This document shows, piece after piece, positions 9,646 to 18,585 of a stretch of 64,000 bases of DNA; position 1 is the first letter of the stretch, and every line of letters starts with the position of its first letter. The notes beneath the pieces are model-generated. The model was given only the letters and a program-made list of their open reading frames with translations, had not been told where the DNA came from and ran no database searches. Origin of the DNA: Polyangiaceae bacterium (lineage in GTDB: Bacteria; Myxococcota_A; Polyangia; Polyangiales; Polyangiaceae); NCBI GenBank assembly GCA_044376115.1, contig JBILLK010000007.1:256001-320000 (forward strand), written 5' to 3'. The position numbers and the translations under genes are program-made.

Positions 9646-11145
9646 TCAGGACCCCGCAGGTGGAAGGGCGGGAGGCACAGGCTGCGCGATGTCTCCGAGA
9701 GGGCGGAAGCCTGGTGACTCGAACACCAACGTGGGCACCTCGGTGACTAGCGCTGGCTCCAGCTCTGCCGCTGGCAACAAGGCCCAAGTCTGGGCTTCCA
9801 ACAGGCCCGTCTCGAGCGGCACGAAGTGGGCGGTCTCGATCCCGATCACGCGTGAATCACGCATCACGAACAAAGAAAGCCCAGCCGGCGCGCCGAGGCT
9901 CCTCAGCAGCACCTCGGACGAGACCGCAGGAATGGCGTCATAGCCCGCAGGCAAATAGAGCTTGGGGCCCGCCTCGCGGAACATCTCGCCCACCGGAATC
10001 GCCTCGATCCCCGACTCGAGAGACAGGAAGGCTCCGTACTTGGTGAACGCGACACGGGCGCGCCGCAGGGTGTCCGCGCCCAGCGAGTAGGCGATTCGGC
10101 GCAGCAGCGGCAGCTCCTCGGGGCGAATCCAGGACGCACACACGTTGCGGAAGGGATCCGTCGTTGGGGTGAGCCGCAACGTGAGCGCTACCCCTCCACC
10201 TTGCGCCGGGACGTTGGTGGCGAGCCGCTCTACGCCCTCGTTGCGGAACTCCACCCGGGCAAAGCTCGCAACTGGCCCGAGCGCCGGCAGCCGCTCCAGC
10301 ACCAAGGGATCCACGGTGCCGCGAAAGAACACCATGCTGCCCGCCGGCCAAACTGGGCACGAGCGCAACTCCACGGGGTGACGGTAGCCAAGCTCGACCG
10401 AGGCGGTGGGGCTCACCGATTGATAGACCGTGATCCCGGGGGTGTTGAGCAAGAGCGGCAACATTCGTTCGGGCAGCGCATTCGTGCGGAACAGGTAGCG
10501 CGCGATCGGTGCATCGTCGAAGCTCGACTCCGGTGGCCACTCGGCGAGGCCCACGTCTGCCTCGACGGATGACCGGGTGAAGTACGCAATCAACGAGGGA
10601 CCAAGGCCCTTTTCCGCCGTGATCCATTTGGTACCAGGGGCGTGCCGGGTCTTCGGGTCGAGGTGCAACCCGAGCCGCAGCAAGAGTTTGCCTAGCGCCA
10701 AGCTCCTTTCGATCGCGTAGTCCTGCGAAAATGCGTTGTGGTAGAGGGCGTAGGAGCCATCCGTAGTCAAGAGCTCGGAGGCGTCATAGCCAAACGGTGC
10801 GGCTGCGTCCCGGTACTGGACGAAGTGCCGGCTCGTCCCGGTGAAGGTAAAACCACCGGCCAAACGCGCGATTTCGGCGATTGCGTCGAGTCGGGCGCTC
10901 GAGTCCGAAGCGAAGGTCAGTACGACCTCACGTGCGCCCAACTTGCTTCGAACGAGCTCCACCGTGAGCGACCGCAACAGGTCCTCGAGCGAGCGTTCTG
11001 CCGTGAACAGCGCGAGGAAGGTGACCAAACGGTCCAAGCTCGGCAGCAGGAGCAGCCCTTTGCTGCCCAGCGCCACGCCTTTGGTGTCGATGCCCAGCCC
11101 CGGCGTGCGAAGACGCGTTTGATTGAGAGCGACGCGGAGCAGCAT
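9646..11145 (-). CDS. Hypothetical protein, possibly an FtsH-ternary-system (fvmX7-like) component
   Basis: 499-aa ORF; LLLPSLDRLVTFL, VELGYRHP, LYLPAGYD motifs; family call is from recall only. Confidence 0.62.
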   Translation of the reverse strand: MLLRVALNQTRLRTPGLGIDTKGVALGSKGLLLLPSLDRLVTFLALFTAERSLEDLLRSLTVELVRSKLGAREVVLTFASDSSARLDAIAEIARLAGGFTFTGTSRHFVQYRDAAAPFGYDASELLTTDGSYALYHNAFSQDYAIERSLALGKLLLRLGLHLDPKTRHAPGTKWITAEKGLGPSLIAYFTRSSVEADVGLAEWPPESSFDDAPIARYLFRTNALPERMLPLLLNTPGITVYQSVSPTASVELGYRHPVELRSCPVWPAGSMVFFRGTVDPLVLERLPALGPVASFARVEFRNEGVERLATNVPAQGGGVALTLRLTPTTDPFRNVCASWIRPEELPLLRRIAYSLGADTLRRARVAFTKYGAFLSLESGIEAIPVGEMFREAGPKLYLPAGYDAIPAVSSEVLLRSLGAPAGLSLFVMRDSRVIGIETAHFVPLETGLLEAQTWALLPAAELEPALVTEVPTLVFESPGFRPLGDIAQPVPPALPPAGS

Positions 11146-11212
11146 GGCAGGGTCGTGAAGCTAGCGTGAAGAGGCGCGATCTTCTAGCCTCGCGTCTTGG
11201 TGGAGATGAAGC

Positions 11213-14200
11213 GTGGAGGCTGAGGCACGCAGTTGGCTCGAAGGACGCTTTGAGCTAGGGCGCGAGATCGGGCGTGGCGCCGCGGGGGTCGTGTACCAAG
11301 CCAACGACCGCGCGGCGGGCTCGCAAGAGGCGCGCGTTGCTCTCAAGTTGATCGACGCTTGCGACGATCCCGAGGAGCAAGCTCGCTTCCTCAAGGAAGG
11401 CGAGGTGCTCGCGGGCCTCTCCCATCCTGGCATCGTCAAGGTCGTGGCCTACGGAACGCTCGAGCGTCCGTTCGATGGGCCGAGCCAGCATTTTCGGGAG
11501 GGCGCCACCTACGTGGCGATGGAGTGGCTCGACGGCGAGGACTTGGCGCTCCGTCAGCGGCGCTCGCCGCTCACCCTGAAGGAGATCGTCGAGGTTGGGC
11601 GCCAGATCGCCGATGCGCTGGCCTCGGCCCATGCCGCATCGGTGGTTCACCGCGATATCAAGCCTTCAAACATCTTTCTGATCTACCCGCGCAGTCGCTC
11701 CAGTGAGGCCGGCTACGGCACGTTGCGCGGCGGTTCGGTGGACGACGGCAAGCCGGAGCCGGAGGCGCACACGGTGCAAACTCTGGTCGCAAAGATCCTC
11801 GATTTCGGCGTGGCAGCCGCTGGAGATCACGGTAGCGCCGGGGCCGGTGCGATCATTGGTACGCCGGCGTACATGTCCCCCGAGCAAGCGCAGGGCAACT
11901 CGGAGCCGGACGTACGCAGCGACCTCTATTCGCTTGGCGCCACGCTGTTTGAGCTGTGCACTGGTCGTCCTCCGCATGTCGGGCCAACCTCGATCGCCAC
12001 GCTTGCGCGTCGCGTCGCCGAGCCCGCCCCTCGACTTGCCGACATGTGCTTGGACATCCCCGAGCGCTTCGACGATCTGATCAGCCGGCTGCTCGAGATC
12101 GAAGCGGAGGCTCGTCCTTCCTCGGCAAAAGAGGTCGCTGACGCGCTCGCCGACTTTACGCGTGATCCAGCCTTCGACCGAGTTGGCCGGCCCATGCTGC
12201 GCGAGGCCGCGACCCGCGCCCGCGTCGGCACTCGTTTGGTGACCACGCTGGTTGCCCTGGGCGTGGCGAAGGGCGAGGCAAGGCGCGCACTGATCGCCGA
12301 GGTCCGCAAGCTGGGAGCCGACGCTTTGCCGCTGGGTGCTGATTCGCTGGTGGCCCATCTCGGCGCGAGGCAGGCCCACGGTGATGAGGCCACGCGAGCG
12401 TTCGAACTCGGGCAGGAGCTGGCCAGCCGCGGCGCCAAGGTCGGAATCGCGACCGGCCGCACACACGTGGACCTCACCCGATCGAGCGGGGAGATCGTCG
12501 ATCGCGCAGCCAAGCTCGCCCGTGAAGCCGCGGATGGGCGCGTGAACTTCGATCTGACCACCGGCGAACTTTCGCGTGGGCGCGCCGAGTTCGACGTGCT
12601 TTCGGCAGGGGTCAGTGGCGTCATGCCGCTCACCACGCGGCGTCGGCCCGACTCGGAGAACTCGAGCTTCGTTGGTCGGGAAGGGGAGCTGTTCACCGCG
12701 CTCAACGCCTATGACCGCGCCGTCGACGACCGGATGCCGATCGTGGTTTCGACCTCCGGTCCGCCCGGGATCGGCAAAACGCGGCTCGGCCAAGAGATCT
12801 TGAGCCGACTCGAACGCCATGCGTCGCCGCCGCGGGTAATGCTCGTTCGCTGTGAGAGCTACTCGCGCTCCCAAGTCTTGGGCACCGCCTGCGACGCCTT
12901 GCGCTCCTTGCTGATGTTGCCGCGGGGCGCTTCGCTCGAGGCCGCGCAGGCGGCGATCGCGGCGGCCTACACGTCGCGTACCTACGCCAGCGAGATGGGG
13001 CTGCTCGCGCATCTCCTATCGAACACGGTCTTTCCCGAGGGCGTCGATCCACGCGCGCTGCGTGACGCGCTCTACGTCGCGATGACCGAACTCGTGCTCG
13101 AAACGGTCACCAAGCTGCCTTGCGCGATCGTGATCGAAGACGCCCAATGGGCCGACCCGGAGTCGATTGCTTGGGTGGACCATCTGCTCGGGCGCGCGCA
13201 TGGCCTCAGCCTTTTTGCGTTGCTGTTTGTCAGACCGCTGTTCTGGAAGAATCACCCGCAGCGTTTCTCCACTCGTGAGCACGTACGGATCGAACTCAAG
13301 CCGATGGCGAAGCGCGCAGTGCGCGAGATCGCTCGCTCGCTGCTCGGGGTCAACGCGACCGAAGCTCAGCTCGAAGAGGTCGCGCAGCAAGCCGCAGGCT
13401 CCCCGCTGTTCGCTGAGGAGCTGGCGCGGCTGGTTGCACAAGGCAAAGGGCTACGCGGCGCCGCGACGATCGAAGCAGCGATTCAGGTCACTCTGGATTC
13501 GCTCGATGACGCCGTTCGCGACGCGGTCGGTAGGTTATCCATCTTCGGTCAGGCGTGTTGGGACCACGGGCTGGAGTCTCTCTACGACCCGACGCGCAGC
13601 ATGATCGGCTTTCTGACCCCCGACGTGGCGTTGTCGCGGCTCGTCGCTGCAGACCTGCTGGTGGAGGTCGGCAAGCCGCGCTTCGCCGGGAATCGCGAGT
13701 ACATGTTCAAGCACGCGCTGATTCGCGATGTCGCCTACGCGATGGTGGGGGACGAGCTGAAGAAGCAGTACCACGCGCGCGCGGCCGGCTGGCTTGCTTC
13801 GGTGGGCGAAGGCGCAGCGACGATCGCAAGTCACTACGATCTTGGCGGCCGCAATGAAGAGGCCGCCGTGCACTGGGAGGCGGCCGCGCGGCAGGCGCTC
13901 GCCACCAATTCGTTGGTCGAGGCGGTGACCATGAGCGAACGCGCGCTCGCTTTCGCGGAGGATCGGCCCGTTGGTTTTGCGCGGGCCGCGCTGCTCGAAG
14001 AGGCCCATGCTCGGCTGGATGCTCGCGGCTCCGAGCGCGACACGGCGATCGCCGCGATGAAGGAGAACGTGTTCGACGAGGGCAGCGAGCTGCGCACCGA
14101 CGGCGCTCAGGCGCGCTACGACGATGCTCGCGCGCAAGGCGTCGACATCGCGGGGCGCTTACGTCGCGTCCGTGACCGCGCGCTCGTGATCAACCTTGTG

Positions 14201-15199
14201 GAAGAGGCTGCGCGCTGTTCGGCGACGCTGGCGTTGCGGCTCGCCTTCGGCGGGGATTTGCCTGCGGCGGAGGCGGAGGCGGAGGCCATCCTCGAGTTGT
14301 CGGAGAAGCACCACATCGACTGGGCGCCGGTTGACGCCTGGCAGACCTTGGCCGTGGTGCGGCAGACGCGAGGAGAACTCGCGGCGGCGCTCGAAGCGCG
14401 TAGAAATGCCGCGCGTTCGGCGCGCACTGCCGGCTTGATGGAGCGTGAGGCGACGCTCACGATGAACCTCGGTTTCGCCCTTTCGACGATCGGCGCGCGC
14501 AATGAAGCCCTGGTCGAGATCGAGACCGGGCTCGCTCGCGCCCACGCCATCGGCAGCCTCGGAGCCGTGCGACACGGGCAGATGAACCTGCTTTGTTGGG
14601 CGGCGACGTTTGGCGCCGATAACAGGATCTCCGCGCTGCTCGAGGAGCCGCGCGCCAAAGCCGACGAGGCCGCGCTCGGCGGTTACGTAATCCATGACCG
14701 AGCGACACTCGGTGTGTTGTTTTATCGCGCGGTCGAGCTACTGCGCGGGGACAGCGCCAATCTCGCTCGCGCGCGCGGGCTACTCGAGCGCGTTTCGCAG
14801 GCCTACCGCAACACCGGCAACCTCGACGTATTGCCGGCGAGCCTAGGCTTTTGGTCGGAGGCCGAGCGTCGTCTCGGTAGCGCCGATTCAGCGCGCGAGC
14901 TCGCGCGGGAGGCTGCAACCTTGCTCGATCGTGGGGCGCCCAGCCTGCTCAATGAGGCTCCTATCTACCTGGCGCTTCACGACGCTTGCGTCGACCTTGG
15001 AGATCTCGAAGGCGCACGCAAAGCGATCGAGAGCGGAATGCCCCGGCTCGTGCGGCGCATTACGGGGCTCGAAGCAACCCCGTATGCGCACGCCTTTCTT
15101 TCGGGCCTTCAACACAACGCTGGCCTGATCGCCGCCGCCGAGGCCTACGGCTTGGTGCCTGAACTCGTGGAACGGCACCTCGCGCGGCGCAGCAGCTAA
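11213..15199 (+). CDS. Ser/Thr kinase + degenerate cyclase-like domain + AAA_16/STAND ATPase + TPR-like repeats
   Basis: VALK, HRDIKPSN, DFG, GTPAYMSPE; GIATG/VDRAAKL cyclase-like remnant; Walker A GPPGIGKT; Walker B IVIEDAQWAD; GSPLFAEEL; FKHALIRDVAY. Confidence 0.92.
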   Translation: MEAEARSWLEGRFELGREIGRGAAGVVYQANDRAAGSQEARVALKLIDACDDPEEQARFLKEGEVLAGLSHPGIVKVVAYGTLERPFDGPSQHFREGATYVAMEWLDGEDLALRQRRSPLTLKEIVEVGRQIADALASAHAASVVHRDIKPSNIFLIYPRSRSSEAGYGTLRGGSVDDGKPEPEAHTVQTLVAKILDFGVAAAGDHGSAGAGAIIGTPAYMSPEQAQGNSEPDVRSDLYSLGATLFELCTGRPPHVGPTSIATLARRVAEPAPRLADMCLDIPERFDDLISRLLEIEAEARPSSAKEVADALADFTRDPAFDRVGRPMLREAATRARVGTRLVTTLVALGVAKGEARRALIAEVRKLGADALPLGADSLVAHLGARQAHGDEATRAFELGQELASRGAKVGIATGRTHVDLTRSSGEIVDRAAKLAREAADGRVNFDLTTGELSRGRAEFDVLSAGVSGVMPLTTRRRPDSENSSFVGREGELFTALNAYDRAVDDRMPIVVSTSGPPGIGKTRLGQEILSRLERHASPPRVMLVRCESYSRSQVLGTACDALRSLLMLPRGASLEAAQAAIAAAYTSRTYASEMGLLAHLLSNTVFPEGVDPRALRDALYVAMTELVLETVTKLPCAIVIEDAQWADPESIAWVDHLLGRAHGLSLFALLFVRPLFWKNHPQRFSTREHVRIELKPMAKRAVREIARSLLGVNATEAQLEEVAQQAAGSPLFAEELARLVAQGKGLRGAATIEAAIQVTLDSLDDAVRDAVGRLSIFGQACWDHGLESLYDPTRSMIGFLTPDVALSRLVAADLLVEVGKPRFAGNREYMFKHALIRDVAYAMVGDELKKQYHARAAGWLASVGEGAATIASHYDLGGRNEEAAVHWEAAARQALATNSLVEAVTMSERALAFAEDRPVGFARAALLEEAHARLDARGSERDTAIAAMKENVFDEGSELRTDGAQARYDDARAQGVDIAGRLRRVRDRALVINLVEEAARCSATLALRLAFGGDLPAAEAEAEAILELSEKHHIDWAPVDAWQTLAVVRQTRGELAAALEARRNAARSARTAGLMEREATLTMNLGFALSTIGARNEALVEIETGLARAHAIGSLGAVRHGQMNLLCWAATFGADNRISALLEEPRAKADEAALGGYVIHDRATLGVLFYRAVELLRGDSANLARARGLLERVSQAYRNTGNLDVLPASLGFWSEAERRLGSADSARELAREAATLLDRGAPSLLNEAPIYLALHDACVDLGDLEGARKAIESGMPRLVRRITGLEATPYAHAFLSGLQHNAGLIAAAEAYGLVPELVERHLARRSS

Positions 15200-16221
15200 C
15201 CGCGCGGGTCGCGGTTTTGGAAGGCCACCATCCAACCCGGATACTCGGGCGGTAGGGCGCTTGCCTCATCAAGGGCCTTCAGCTCCTCTGCGCTCAACTT
15301 GAGCTCGGTGGCAGCCAGATTGTCGTCCAATTGCTGCTCGCTCTTGGCGCCGATGATCACGCTGGTGACGTGCGGCTTTTGCAACATCCAGGCGAGCGCG
15401 ACGCGCGCCACGCTGGTGTCATGCGCTGCCGCGACGGGCCGCAACGCACGCAAACAAGCTGCGGCTCGGCTGCGGTCGACCGGAGGAAAGTCGAAGCTCG
15501 CGCGGCGCGAGCCCTCGGGGCCTTTTTCGTCGGATTCGAGATCGAACTTGCCGCTGAGCAGCCCGCCAGCGAGCGGGCTCCACGGCAAAATGCCGAAGCC
15601 CTGATCGAGCGACACAGGCACTACCTCACGCTCGATATCGCGGCCTGCGATCGAGTAGTAGACCTGGGCGCTGACGAAGCGTGAGAGCCCGCGCGCGTCT
15701 TGCATCGCAGCCATCTTCATCGCCATCCACGCCGGGAGGTTCGACCAGCCGAGATAGCGAGCTTTGCCCGCGCGCACCACGGCGTCGAGTGCGTCCACCG
15801 TCTCCTCGAGCGGCGTCGTCGGATCCACGCCGTGGATCTGGAACAGGTCCACGTGGTCGAGCTGCAGGCGCTTCAAGCTCGCATCGATCGACGAGAGGAT
15901 GTGCGCGCGTGAAAGACCGACTTGGTTCGGTCCCGGCCCCATGCGGCCGCGGACTTTGGTGGCGATCACGACTTGGTCGCGAGGCCGCGCGAGCCGAGCC
16001 AGCGTCGTCCCCAGCAGCCGCTCACTCTCACCCTCCGAGTAGACGTTGGCCGTATCGAGGAAATTGACCCCTGCATCGAGCGCCCGGCCCACGATGCGGT
16101 CCACGGTCTCTTGGCCGAGTTCGCCAACCACCTTCCAAAAACCCTGGCCGCCAAAGGTCATCGTACCGAGGCAGATTTCCGAGACGTAGAGGCCAGATCG
16201 GCCGAGTGCGCGCAACTTCAT
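15196..16221 (-). CDS. Aldo/keto reductase
   Basis: LGTMTFG, DTANVYS, IATK, LQLDHVDLFQIH, PWSPLAGGLLSGK. Confidence 0.95.
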   Translation of the reverse strand: MKLRALGRSGLYVSEICLGTMTFGGQGFWKVVGELGQETVDRIVGRALDAGVNFLDTANVYSEGESERLLGTTLARLARPRDQVVIATKVRGRMGPGPNQVGLSRAHILSSIDASLKRLQLDHVDLFQIHGVDPTTPLEETVDALDAVVRAGKARYLGWSNLPAWMAMKMAAMQDARGLSRFVSAQVYYSIAGRDIEREVVPVSLDQGFGILPWSPLAGGLLSGKFDLESDEKGPEGSRRASFDFPPVDRSRAAACLRALRPVAAAHDTSVARVALAWMLQKPHVTSVIIGAKSEQQLDDNLAATELKLSAEELKALDEASALPPEYPGWMVAFQNRDPRG

Positions 16222-16285
16222 CGAGGGCTCCTTTGATTGAGTCGCGACTGTAGCAGAGCAACCTGCAGCAGCACGCGCTGGGCCC

Positions 16286-18331
16286 TCACAAGAGCTCGAG
16301 GAAGGCGACCAACGCCGCCGCCTCTTCGGCCGAGAGAGCCGTCAGCCCCTCTTGCGCGCTGGGTGCGCGATGCCAGAAGCCGTCGGGAGCAAAGCGCGCT
16401 TCGCCTACAACTTGTTCGAGCGTGCTCGCCGAGCCGTTGGTGAAGTAGGGCGTCTTTTCGACGATGCGTCGCAGCGAGCTCGCGCGCGCACCACGCTCGT
16501 GCACGTAGGGCAAAACGCCGGTTTGGTGATAGCCCTCGCGCGCCCACACGATCGGGCTGGCAGGCGAAGTGATGACGGCGCGCCACTCCTCTTTCGGAAC
16601 GCGCGTGGTCGCGTCCTGGGCCACCAAACGTGCGCTGTGGCAGCCCTCGCAGTGGCGCTCGAAGATGGCTTGCCCGTGCTCGACACGAGCGCTCCAAGCG
16701 CCCGTACGCAGGGCTCGCGGATTGGGTGGGAACGGCCTTTCGGCGATGGCACGAAGCAGCGCCATTCGTAGCGCGACGGGTCCGTCAGGCGCGCCAGCAA
16801 ATGGGGCCTCGCGTGCCCACGGCAGCTCCGCTTGTTCACGTGAGAACCATTCGCTGTGCTCTGTGCCTCGGAGCGCTACTCGGAATTCGGCGAACACCAT
16901 CGAGGCGACATCCGGGTCGAGCGCGCGGGTGAACAGCGGCGGGTTGTCGAGCAGGCCGAACAGCGGCTTGGTGGTGGCGTAGACCTGCTCGCGGCCGGTG
17001 TGGTGCCTTCGTCCGTCGCCCCAACCCTCGAAGTGGCACGCCTCGCAGGTGAAGCGGCTCGCCTTGCCTTCGCTGGTTTGGAAGGGCGCCATCAATTCGG
17101 TGAACAGCAGCGCCTCTCCGAGATGGAGCGCTCGCTGCTCCTCGGTCTTCGGCGTTTGCGGGCCGAGTTGGACCTCTTGCTCGCGGCCGAAGCGCACGAC
17201 CCGATCGAGGATCGTACTGACGCCGAGAAAGTGACCGGGCTCCGTAGTGACCACCGATACGACGCCGGGGACGCTCGCCAAGGTGGTGGCCGTGGCGCGA
17301 TGCTCTGGCGATTCGGCTGTCGATGGTGGCCCCAGCAGCGCTGCCCGGCCCGAACCGAAGCCGAGCACCAAGAAGCGCCCGTCCGGCTGTCGGGCGACCA
17401 CTTTGGGCGTCAGCACGCCGAGCTCGGAGAGGTTCACCGCTTCGAGCGGTTGCGCCCGCCCTGCGCTCACTCGGTAGAAAAACAGGAAGGAGTCGATGTT
17501 GCCGAAGGCCCCATCGCTTCGATCGAGAGGGTGGTCTTCAAGCCCGCCCAGCGCGAGCAGCGTTTGCCCGGGCTCGTCGGTTGGTCGCAGCTCGGCCGCG
17601 TAAATCGGTGCGTCGTGGACGATCCGCAGCGGCGCCGAGCCGAGGGGTTGCGACGGATCGTAGAGATCGACGCTGTGATCGAGCGCGCTGCTGATGGCGA
17701 CCCAGCCCTCGCGTACGGTCAGCGCGCTCGGTCGGGGTTGGGTCCGTCGCAGCTCCACACGGGCGTCTCCACGACAACGTTTGCGCAGCTCTTCGGCCTC
17801 CGCGTCCAGCGCATAAAAGCAGCCCTTGTCGAAGGCCAACGCGCGTACGCCAAAGCGAGCCACGCCGGTCAGATCGTCCGGCTCGCTACGGAGCAGGGAA
17901 GGCGACGAAAATGCGAGCAGGTCGGTGGCATCTCGGCGTGCGACCCAGACTCGATCACCGACGACTGCCATCGCCGTTACGTCTCCAGCGACCGCTACAC
18001 TGCGCCGCCGCTCGAGCTGCTCATCGAGCAGCGAGAGCCTCCCGTGCTCGGCGTCGCCGTGGCGTTCGAGCAGCAGCAGCTGACCATCGCCAACCGACGC
18101 GATGGCCAGGGGATCGGTCCCGAGACGGAGGCCAGCTTGGGACGGCTGACGATGGTTCATCCGCGCCCGCAAGCTGTGCTCGACAGCGCGAACCACCGTC
18201 AGCGCGAAGTGGGGCCCCAGCTGCGCCTGGGCCGGTGCTTGTGCGCTCGTTTCGCCAGCGTTGCAACTCGGCGCGGCTGCGAGGCTAACCGCCAGCGCAA
18301 AATGCGCGAGAGCTCGCTTCGCTGCTACCAA
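16286..18331 (-). CDS. Exported beta-propeller + di-heme cytochrome c (CcP/MauG superfamily-like) protein
   Basis: Signal peptide with possible lipobox APSC; two CxxCH motifs (CEACH, CEGCH); GEALLF and GQAIF before the hemes; SLRRIVEKTPYFTNGSASTLEQV C-terminal signature. Confidence 0.85.
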   Translation of the reverse strand: MVAAKRALAHFALAVSLAAAPSCNAGETSAQAPAQAQLGPHFALTVVRAVEHSLRARMNHRQPSQAGLRLGTDPLAIASVGDGQLLLLERHGDAEHGRLSLLDEQLERRRSVAVAGDVTAMAVVGDRVWVARRDATDLLAFSSPSLLRSEPDDLTGVARFGVRALAFDKGCFYALDAEAEELRKRCRGDARVELRRTQPRPSALTVREGWVAISSALDHSVDLYDPSQPLGSAPLRIVHDAPIYAAELRPTDEPGQTLLALGGLEDHPLDRSDGAFGNIDSFLFFYRVSAGRAQPLEAVNLSELGVLTPKVVARQPDGRFLVLGFGSGRAALLGPPSTAESPEHRATATTLASVPGVVSVVTTEPGHFLGVSTILDRVVRFGREQEVQLGPQTPKTEEQRALHLGEALLFTELMAPFQTSEGKASRFTCEACHFEGWGDGRRHHTGREQVYATTKPLFGLLDNPPLFTRALDPDVASMVFAEFRVALRGTEHSEWFSREQAELPWAREAPFAGAPDGPVALRMALLRAIAERPFPPNPRALRTGAWSARVEHGQAIFERHCEGCHSARLVAQDATTRVPKEEWRAVITSPASPIVWAREGYHQTGVLPYVHERGARASSLRRIVEKTPYFTNGSASTLEQVVGEARFAPDGFWHRAPSAQEGLTALSAEEAAALVAFLELL

Positions 18332-18501
18332 CCGCCGCCGCTCTCCTTCGCGCTGGCGGTCGCGCTCGCTGCTGCGGTGCTCGTGGCTGCAGGTTTGGCG
18401 GAAGCGGCGGCCGAGGGCTTCGCGCTAGCTGCATCAGGGGTGGCTTTGTCGCCACAAGCGACGAGGAAGGTGAGGCCTAGAACAATCGAGACGATCTTCA
18501 T
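18325..18501 (-). CDS. 58-aa Ala-rich lipoprotein ending in ESGGGW
   Basis: MKIVSIVLGLTFLVAC lipoprotein signal; its last codons overlap the TTG start of the di-heme gene. Confidence 0.75.
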   Translation of the reverse strand: MKIVSIVLGLTFLVACGDKATPDAASAKPSAAASAKPAATSTAAASATASAKESGGGW

Positions 18502-18552
18502 CGATGCGTCGTACCCGGTTCGTCTCTGAGAAAAAAGCAATCTCGCAAGGCG

Positions 18553-18568
18553 TGCTGCTTGCGTGCCA
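18553..18568 (-). promoter_or_regulatory. Putative sigma54 (-24/-12) promoter
   Basis: Minus strand TGGCACG-CAAG-CAGCA versus consensus TGGCACG-N4-TTGCW; GG/GC spacing correct; about 50 bp upstream of ATG 18501. Confidence 0.55.
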
Positions 18569-18585
18569 AACCCGGCAATTGGAAG

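Noticed and set aside
16856..18529. 557-aa plus-strand ORF
   Set aside because: Antisense to the di-heme gene, with no motifs; typical of high-GC DNA.
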